Positions 55,001 through 64,000 of a DNA stretch of 64,000 bases are shown one piece after another. Both the position numbers and the translations under genes were made by a program. Below the pieces are notes generated by a model. That model made no database searches. It worked only from the letters and a program-made list of their open reading frames with translations, and was not told where the DNA came from. The DNA is taken from positions 66,962,001-67,026,000 of the forward strand of contig NC_087437.1 of assembly GCF_036321535.1 (NCBI RefSeq). Reading direction: 5' to 3'. This stretch comes from Camelus dromedarius (lineage: Eukaryota). Numbering within the stretch: the stretch's first letter is position 1; each line of letters starts with the position of its first letter.

Positions 55001-56455
55001 GCGTGCTCCTTCATCTGTGGTCATTTCATTCCAACTGCAGGGTCCCGCTGGCACACCAGTTTCCTTGGCATCTCAGAGTGCCTTTCATTTCCTCAACCAA
55101 GAACATGCTAACTCGAGCCTGTCCTAATGCACCATCATAATGGAGTCCATGCTGCTCTGTGAGACCATATTCTGGCCTACTCATCGGGACTTTCCCCCAG
55201 CCATTGCTCTTCCACCGTCCATTTGCCTAATTGCACCAGTGCCTCCTGAACTACTAACCCCTCCAGGGAAAGGGAGGACACTCCAATTTGACTTCCTGGC
55301 CTTCCCTCCCTTTCTCTCTCTTGGTTCATCTTTGAAAAGTTTCCCTTTCCTTCTAGGGTTGTAACCTCGTTTATATAATATTCTCTAACCTGTCTTTGCT
55401 TTGTACAAGAGAATCTCTTTGTCTAAATTCCTCTGCTTTTTCTCTTGATACTTAAAAATGAGCTGTTATAATGAAAAACAATCAAAACTACAAACAATAA
55501 TGCCAACGAAAGCAATAAAAGTGGGTAGAAATTTGCCCTCTCTTGAAGCTTGGCTACAAGAAAGTAGCCATGCCATGGACTCAAAGAAGTACCTGTCATT
55601 CTCAAAGCAGAAGAATGACCTTTTTTTCCCTGAGGTGACTTTTCTGTCCTTCTCTGTGCACAACAAAACTTATGGCTTGGCCTAAAAAGGCTGGGGCAAT
55701 TGCAAGAAAATGTGATTTACAAAGGGGAATTACAAGTGTGTAGTTTTAATCATTTCAAAATATCTCCATTACACATTCTATTGCCTGTGCCAGAAACTAT
55801 CTACTTTTCCTTTGCTTGGTCAACCTTTGGTCTTTGTAGAGGAATCATTTTTTCAGGGAGCTTTTCCCCAGATCCCTGTAATTATGTTAAATTCTGTGAC
55901 AAGCCCAGTTAGCATCGGTATCTCTTCTTCATACCTCGTCACATTTGTTTGTAGGATTATGTGATAAACTTCTGCCTTTCCCACTAAACTGGAGGTTTTG
56001 TAAGAGCAAAGACCTTTCAATTTTTACTGCTTAATGTATCACCAGTACCTTGGGCAGAGCCTGGGAGATGGCATACTTTCAACAAATACTGTAAAACCCT
56101 ATTATAACATGCCCTAACAATAATAAGAATTAGTATATAATGAAGTTCACAATTCCTATTCTATGTTCAACTCTTTTTTTCATATTGGGTGGGGGAATGA
56201 AGAGAGTGGAGGCTGAAGTGTTTACTTTCTAAGGGAGGATGTGGTGGGGTGAGTGAGGTTAGAAGGTTAAATGGCAAGTAGTTCTGTCTTAGGAAGCAGA
56301 GGATGTGTCCCCATACGTCATGGCCCAGTATTCTTGCTTCAAGCTGATGGAACAAGTACCAACTCACTATTCCTGGAATCACTGAGGCTGCCCTGGGAGG
56401 ACCAATCAATACAGGACCCAGAAACAGTCCCAGTAGCTGAGCTTTAGTTTGAGGT

Positions 56456-56472
56456 GCCACTAGGTGGCGCTA
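56456..56472 (+). promoter_or_regulatory. CTCF motif GCCACTAGGTGGCGCTA
   Basis: Near-consensus CTCF core with retained CpG. Confidence 0.75.
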
Positions 56473-57419
56473 AACTACAGCAAGGACAGGAATAGCTAGG
56501 GATCCAGCAATGGGACCTCTGGAATTCCTGGACAAACAGTCAATTTATTAACCCAGTCATTTTTATTAACCTCCTAATAAAGTGGCTGTACACTTAACAT
56601 GATATAACTGTTTAGTTGCCACTCAACAATCATACCTGGATTTTTCTATATTTGTAAAATAGTTGAGGAGCCGCACGGAAGCTGTGTCCATTCAGTAATG
56701 GTGGGAGGACAGGATAGGGTTGTTTGTGGGGCAAAGGCATTTGTTAAAGCAATAATGCCTTGAAGTCTCTCATTTCAAAGATCCATACACAGGTTTACTA
56801 AGTATATTCTATGGATATATCTTGATTCCAAACACAAATGAATTCAAATATTTGCTTATGGCTGCAAAATGCAATCAGTAGAAGGTTTCTGGTGAAACTG
56901 CCAAGTCCACAAAATGGATATTTTATCCCCACGATGGCAGACTTTCAAATAAAATTAATAATCTACTAATAATGATAATAATAATGGCAGCTAACATTAC
57001 TTGCCAGACTGATTGTCTGCCAGGCCCTGTAACAGGCATTTTCACATATATTACCTCATTGAATCTTTATAACAATCATAAAGTAGGAAATACAACTCAT
57101 TTTTATAAACGTGATAGTTGAGGCATAGAGAGGGTAAGTGACTTTCCAAAGGTTATTTAAAAATACAGCAAAGTTGGAACTGAGTAAATCTTTTATCATT
57201 TAGAAGTTCAAATGTAAAAGCTTTATTTTGTATTTGCTTTATTTAACTCTAGATATTAAGAAAGAGACATAACAGAGACCTGCCAAGACCTCTAGGATAA
57301 GAGGAAACATACTATTCCAATAGATTTGATGTGCAATTTGAAAAGATCTGGCTATTAATAAACTGTTGTAGAATCTTAGTAAGAATTGTGTAACAGATAC
57401 ATAAAATTACTTAAATAGG

Positions 57420-57935
57420 TCTCTTAGCCTGGATTCTCCTGAAAGTTTGTCTTGAGTCAAAGGCTTATGTAAAGTTAGTTTATTTAAAAATTAATTCCAG
57501 AGGGCAGGGTTAATTGATGGTGGTGTGGAAAGGGAGGGAAGAAAATCCAGTCAAGGATATGTTCAGTGTCGGTTGGTTACTGTTGATCATGCCAAGACCT
57601 TCTGGGAAACTTGATGAACTAAGAACTGTCCTTTGGAGAATGGGAGGGAGAAGGACTATCTGCCGGCTCCCAACCCACGCTGGTCAAGAGTGGCCCCACA
57701 AGTGTTGACATCCCTGTGCTTCTGGGTTGTACAAGTCACTGCCACCAGATTTCTGCTGGTGTCCCAGGCAGCAGGGTCAGAGAGGCTCCTGAGCAGAGAG
57801 GAGCCTTGGTATAGGCCAGGGTGAAGCAAGTCACTGTCAGGTTACACTGTGAGAAGCTGATCTAAGCCTGCAGCACAGGCTGGAAGAAGAGGTAGGGCTG
57901 AGAAGGTCTGAAATGATGCACAAGAAGGGTCTAAC
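57420..57935 (-). mobile_element. LTR16-like ERVL solo LTR
   Basis: ggattctcctgaaag...tgagtcaaaggcttatg...tagtttattt resembles the reverse LTR16 3' end. Confidence 0.5.
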
Positions 57936-58409
57936 CCTGTGACACGCTTCCTTTAGGATCACACAGTGTTAATATGTGGATTTTGGTAATAATGAATAGA
58001 TATACGGATGTTTCTAAAATGACATTAAAGCTGTGTACCAATTTACTGGAATTAAAATATCTTTTAGGCCATCTAACTTCTTCCTCATTGTGTTACTATA
58101 GAAACATTAGCATGCCTCACTGTTTTTTAATTTGAATTTCATGTTTATGGGTTATTACTGATTTTATTATTAATGACACATACAATCCAGGTATTATTTA
58201 GTCTTTCAAGCTCATAAAATTTTAGATTAATTTTTAAGGGCATTGGTATCCATTTGATTGTGTAAGTCTATATCTTTTAAGGAAGATTGTTCATGAACGG
58301 ATTCAGAAGACAGGCTAACATCTGAACCAACAATTCTTTACCATTAAAAAGTAGCAGAAATATTATCAGTTCCAATTGTTAATCAGGTTGCTAAATGAAA
58401 TAGAGATAT

Positions 58410-58640
58410 CATGGTACAGTGGAAAGAATACTGGCCTTAGAGTCAGAAAAGTTGGGTTTTACTACTTAAGAGCTGAGTGGTCATGATCAAGCAGTTCAAA
58501 GCTTCTCTGAATCTCAGTTTTCTTCAGGTGGAAAATGGGGGTAAAACCACCTATCTCACAGGGTTTTTGTGAGGATTTATATACGACTATGTACCTTAAA
58601 ACACACAGCATGGTATCTGGCACGTATTAAGTATGCCATA
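58410..58640. mobile_element. MIR SINE (other MIR pieces near 16740, 18040, 21440, 25870, 29900, 34830, 42320, 45700, 50690, 57030)
   Basis: MIR core ctctgaatctcagttttcttcaggtggaaaatggg. Confidence 0.75.
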
Positions 58641-59939
58641 AATAAGGACTGAATTTAGATCTGAAATGTACATCCAACTGATCAAGTATGTTACCAGACT
58701 AGAGTCTATCTTTTTGAAATTTCTGGTTCTTTTCATGGCTTGCTTCTTTGTGTCTTCTGAGTATTAGCCTAGTTGTTACTGCTTTAGAAAGATCTTCTCT
58801 GATGGCTCTTGTCAAGTGTGACTTTCCCCACTTAAAGTATAAGTTAATGAATATTTCTAACCTCCTTCTAGAGAGAGAAGAACCTCAGAACACTTTAATC
58901 CTAAAGACAATGTTCTTGGTGGCAAGCAACAGAAATTGATGGTGAGTAATTAAAACAGAAAAGGTCCAAGATGTTGCATAGCTCATAGAAAAGCTGGCGG
59001 AGGGGGCGTCTAGAGGATCAGAAAACAAGTAGCAACCAAAGGAGGCTAGGTAACCAAAATGACACCATGGGCACAATCCAGTGAGGACTCACTGGACAGC
59101 TCCTGGCACCACCACCACTGCCAGCACCATGTACTGGATGCCATACCTGGTTGCCCTGACTGCACTCTGGTTGCTGGAAGGTGGGGGAGCACTTCTGGCT
59201 TTTGCAGTGGAACTCTGATTCCTATTGAGAATCAAACTTTGGGGAATTCTCTGAATGTTGGAAGGGGATCTTGATGCTTAGCAGTCAAAAAATGTTTAGC
59301 AATCAAAAAAATTCCCGAGTTTCTAGCCCTTCAGATACCCAACATCCACCAATGCTTATATTTATACTTTAAAAAATACATAATGCATGCATCTTTCTTA
59401 CAACTGAAAAAATCACTTTATTCTTCCATCTTAGAAGACAACCCAAAGTCTAATATTAGTTATGGTTTCCAGATTTAAGTCCAGCGGTGATACCCATTCT
59501 TCTTCTTGGGTTGTTCTTCTGTCTTGATATTGTTCAGTCTGTGGACTAACTGTAAAGCTACCTGCCACCATCACATCCTAAGTAAAATAATGGGGAAAAG
59601 GAAAGAAAAAGTGTTAGTTAAAACTCTAACTATTTAAATGACAAAGAAATGACTGAGATATAAAGGCTACAGACCTTATTTTTGAAAGTGATTATGAGGC
59701 CCTGAACCTATTTCAACCCTGAATCTTCAAGAGGTAACTAACATTCTTTTAGCACACTGTTAGAAAGCACCTACGTTTCAGTCCAGGACTTGAGCCCAGA
59801 ATTTAGGGATTTGAGCATGTTATCTTCGTCCTTTAAGCAGTATAGTGCCATAAAAAGTGGTCACCTACTCCACAGTTTTATGCTGATTTTACTACTCCAG
59901 GAGTGGCAACTAAATTTCTCAAAGCCTTGCCTACTCAGA

Positions 59940-61330
59940 CACTTAATGAAATGATCACATGATTTTTCTCCTTTCATCTATTAATGTATGAATGGCATTA
60001 TTTTTCAAATATTAAACTAATCTTACATTCCTGAAATAAATTCAATTGGTGTGATGCATTAGCCTTTTCATACATCACTGGATTTGGTTTCCAAATATTC
60101 ATTTGCATCTCTCTCGATGATGGAAATGGGCCCTTGTCCCCGTCTACCATTATCTTTGCCAATATTTGGTATTCAGTATAATACTAGCATCATCAAATGA
60201 GTTGAGGAGTATTTCAGCTTTTTTCTGTATTCTTAGATACTTTGCAAAAGACTGGAATTTTTAATTTCCTGATTATTTAATAAAAATTGCTGGTATTAAT
60301 TGTCTGGATAGGAAGTTTTATTTGTAGGAAGATTTTACACTGTTACTTCAATTACCTTACCCGTATAAGACGATTCAGGTCTTATGTTCATTTTTGAACA
60401 AGTGTTGATAAGTTATATTTTTCTAGGAGTTTGTTCATTTCTTCCAAGTTTTCAAATTTATTGACATAGAATTGTTCATTTTTCTCCTTATCTTTTTAAT
60501 ATCTGCAGCATCTGTAGTGATCTCTCCATGTTTATTCTGAAATTATTTGAGCACTTTATCTCATTTTTGATTTAGATTAGTCTCACCACAGTTTGGTTAA
60601 TTTAATTAAGCTTTTCAAGATACCAACTTTTGGCTTTGTTTATCATCTCTTTTATATGTTTGTTTAATATCTTATTAATTTTATCTCTTTATTATCTTAC
60701 TCCTCTTTTCTTTGGACCTATTTTATTTTCTTTGTCAAAATTCTTAAGCTAGATCTTAATTCACTTGTGTTTAGGCTTTCATCTTTTTTTTTCATTTTTC
60801 AGTTTTATTAGGTAGAATAGTTACAATCTGACTGCATATATACAATATATTGCATCTAAATACATATACACGGTATACTGCATGAATTTTTTTAAATTTA
60901 CATATATGTACTGTTCATTGTTTCTAAAAATGTTTAGAGCTTTAGCTTTTTAAACTTACATAGTTATCAAAAGAATAAAGCCAACCACAAAATAAGAATT
61001 AATTCAAAATGATACATACACCCCACTATTAACAGCAACAGTATTTATAATTGCCAAGATACAGGCTTTCATGTTTTTTAACATGAACATTTACTTAAGG
61101 CTTTAAGTCTCCAAGTATATATTCTAGCCACATTTCACAGGCTTTAATATAAAATATATTTATTATTGTTTTCTTCTAAATACTTTTTAGCTTCCTTTAT
61201 GATTTCATCTTAGATCTTGAATTATTTAGAGGTGCCTTCTTAACATCCAAGTTCGTGTGTGTTGTGTCCATCTTGTTACTGATGCCTAGCTTCATATCAC
61301 TGTGGTCAGAGTGTGTTCTGGTTGGTTTCA
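59940..61330 (-). mobile_element. Old L1ME-like ORF2 fragment hosting a younger TSD-flanked insert (60789-61062)
   Basis: Reverse L1 motifs (atcaaatgagttgaggagt, tcttccaagttttcaaattt). Confidence 0.7.
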
Positions 61331-61349
61331 GTCTGGTGAAATTTTGCTT

Positions 61350-62450
61350 CAATCACTGATTCATCTATTCAAAATGTTTATTCAGTGTCTGCTATGTGCC
61401 AGGCACTGTTAAAGGTACCAAGAATTCAGCAATGAATAAAACAAATCAAAATCCCTGTCCTCATTGGTTCTATCAGGTGATGCAGACGTAAACAGGCAAG
61501 ATTACCAAGTAAAACAGAAAGTGTGTTAGTGATGGAGTGCTTAGAAAAAATACAATAGGGAAAGAGATTTAAAAATGCCTTCACACTTTTTATTTTAGAC
61601 AGAACGGTCAGCAAAGGCTTCACTTCAGGTGACATGTAAGAAAAGACTGCGGGGAAGTGAAAGGAGAGCTATGCAAAAATCTGGGGACAGAACAGTTTCA
61701 GTGGCCCTGAAGTGAACATGCTTCTGCGTGTTCAAGGGACATTGAGGAGATCATGGCCGTCAGTGCAGAGCGAGGGAGGGAAAATGAATCAGTGATTAGA
61801 GAGGTCGTGGGGGACCCGACCAAGTTAGGCGTTGTGGTAAGCAGAATAATACCCCCCAACCCCACAACCAATGAGGCCCCCTTCCTAATCCCTAGAACCC
61901 GTGGATATGTGACCTTACACGGCAAAGGGAGAGTATGATTGCACATGGAATTAGGGTCACTGTTCAACTGACCTGAGATGAGATTATCTTGGATCATTCA
62001 AGGATCCTTAAGTGTGGAAGGAGGAAGGAGGGAGTGAGTCAGAGAGATGGCAGTGTGACAAGGACTGAGCCCTGTGTTGATAGCTTTGAAGATGGAGGAA
62101 GGGGGCCACGAGCTAAGGAAAAAAGGTCAACTCCAGAGGCTGAAGAATGTAAGGAAATGGATTCTCCAGAAAAGAACATAGCTCTGTTACCATCCTGAGA
62201 TCAGATGGCTACTTAAGGAGACTCACTTTGGAGTTTTGACCTCAGAACTATGAAATAATAAATTTATGTTGCTTTATGCCACTGTTTGTAGTAATTTATG
62301 ACAACAGCAGTAGAAATGTAACACAAGCCCTTTTGTTTACAGCTGGGACTTAAGCGTTCACGCTGAGTGAGACAGGAAGCCATTGGAAGGACTTGGGCAG
62401 AGGAGTGACCTGATCTGACCTAACAGGGTCACTCTGGGTGCTGTGCTGAG
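61350..62450. mobile_element. L2 3' region interrupted by an MLT1D/E-like LTR (~61832-62325)
   Basis: L2 tail attcatctattcaaaatgtttattcag...tatgtgccaggcactg; LTR runs tgtggtaagcagaataat...agcagtagaaatgtaacaca. Confidence 0.75.
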
Positions 62451-63845
62451 ACTAGCTCATCGTAGAAGCACTCCTTCTTCGAGATTTTGGCTCGATTTTT
62501 CCGTATTTATTGAGAGCTCATCAATTCATTTACATTTTAAAAAATGATTTCTCATTTTTTTAAGTCAAGGTCTCTCATCTGTTTTGTTGTCAGAAATGAA
62601 AGTCTGATCTATGCTTTAAAAGTCTAGGGAAAACTCATCAGAATTTAAAAAAAAAAGTTACCAATTGCCAACACCGCACTATGTAAAATCAAGTGGCAGA
62701 GTTTGAGGCAGATTAATTTAGGTTAGTGAAAACTGGTAAAGATACTTTGAAGAATACTTAAAAGTTATTTTCCTTATAAGAAAGAATATGAACAATTTTC
62801 AGGTGACATAAAATGCTTCTTATGCACTTGTCCTTTTCAAGTGCTAAAAAAGGTAGTGCCATTTTAAATTTGCCATCAGAATGAATTCAGTAGCCCTTTG
62901 TTACACTTAGCCCCACTCAGAGAATAACTTCGCTTAAAAATAAAGGTGTTCATAATAAAATAGTTTCAAGAAAAGAGCCAATTTTTCCCCAAATGAATGA
63001 AGGTGTGAAATGTTACTTCGGCAATATTCACAACGGTGATAGAGATTGGGCTGTGGTGAGGGGGGTGGAGGTGCTGTGCACCTGTGTGTAAACCCTATCC
63101 TGCAAGAATTACCAGAGAAGCAGGAAGAAACAGCCATAAGAAAGACTAAGCTGTCAATATATCTAGGTGATAAGTAGATCCAAAATTTGAGAAGGCTGTT
63201 TTAAAATACTAAATGATCTGTTTAATGTCTTAACAGATGATAAACCTTTATTAGATTGCTTGTTGCTTTACTCTCATGATTCCACTATTATCATCTGCAC
63301 TCCTTTATTATTATTTTAGACTTTACTGCCTCTTCACAAAGGGGAAGGGGAGAAGAATTTCACTTCTAAAAGGACCGAGCTCCGCTCTAGACTATACCTG
63401 GTTCTCGGCAGCTAGGTTAAAATAGTTACAGAATGAGTTACTGGCTCAAACAAGGAGCAACATGGTATTTTCTAACTCTATGAATGGTGTTCTCATAAAA
63501 CATTCCATAGACAAACATTCTCAAAAACTTAAATTAACCTTTAATTATATACATGAGTGGAGAGGAATAGCTGCTATTAATAATTTAAAATAGCTAATTA
63601 AAATAATTTATATTTAGCTTTGGAGAGCCTTATAATTCCCTCCATAGTTTTTCTTTCCTAATTATGTTTTTCCTAAGCTAATCATAAAATTAATTTTCCA
63701 TTCTTGAATGCAGAGTAACTGATTGGGGAAAGAGATGGTCCAGCATTTTGATGGGCGGAAGGGAGAAGCTGGTCTAGGACTAATTTGAATTTGGATAATT
63801 CCTATTTAAATATTTAGAAGTTGACTGTATTCTCAGGTCATCAAT

Positions 63846-64000
63846 GTTTTTTTTTTTTTTTTCATTTTTTTAAATTGAAGTATAGTTGGTTACAATGTGT
63901 CAATTTCTGGTGTGCAGCATAATGTCCCAGTCATGCATATATATACATATATTAGTTTTCATATTCTTTTTCATTAAAGGTTACAAGATATTGAATATCA
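63846..64000 (-). mobile_element. Young L1 3' end with poly-A tail, running off the window
   Basis: Poly-T followed by ttgaagtatagttggttacaatgtgtcaatttctggtg, similar to the 49.2 kb copy. Confidence 0.8.

Noticed and set aside
58995..59012. CTCF-like GGCGGAGGGGGCGTC
   Set aside because: Poor 5' half and lies in a probable MaLR LTR remnant.
29460..64000. IGSF11 proximal first exon and Ig-domain exons; UPK1B exons at the left end
   Set aside because: No matching coding sequence or second CpG island was seen, so they presumably lie outside the window.

Overview
Mammalian genomic DNA, probably camelid: it contains a Vic-1-like tRNA-derived SINE and young L1 3' ends that look camelid. The window covers the head-to-head TEX55 (C3orf30/TSCPA) / IGSF11 locus. 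TEX55 is complete on the minus strand as four coding exons (19465-18308, 17759-17613, 15848-15786, 5373-5323) with GT-AG, phase-0 introns, giving 472 aa. The protein is an acidic disordered region with an 8-aa repeat, followed by an RIIa/Dpy-30-like docking domain. A CpG island at about 19.5-20.05 kb is the likely bidirectional promoter. On the plus strand it plausibly drives the distal IGSF11 isoform, whose ATG/leader exon (MSLVGLLLRWDYLSRT-G) lies at 29398-29459. The rest of the window is IGSF11 intron, dense in L1, L2, MIR, MaLR/ERVL LTRs, an ERVL internal fragment and hAT MITEs. I found no convincingly new multi-gene system. The best leads are a recursive-splice-like AG|GTAAGA site on the IGSF11 leader exon, a TEX55 fourth exon with alternative C-termini, the TEX55 repeat array rich in PKA motifs, L1-mediated transduction/chimeric inserts, and CTCF and neural-enhancer motif clusters. 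Gene and repeat names come from recalled sequences, not database searches, and repeat boundaries are approximate unless target-site duplications (TSDs) are given.
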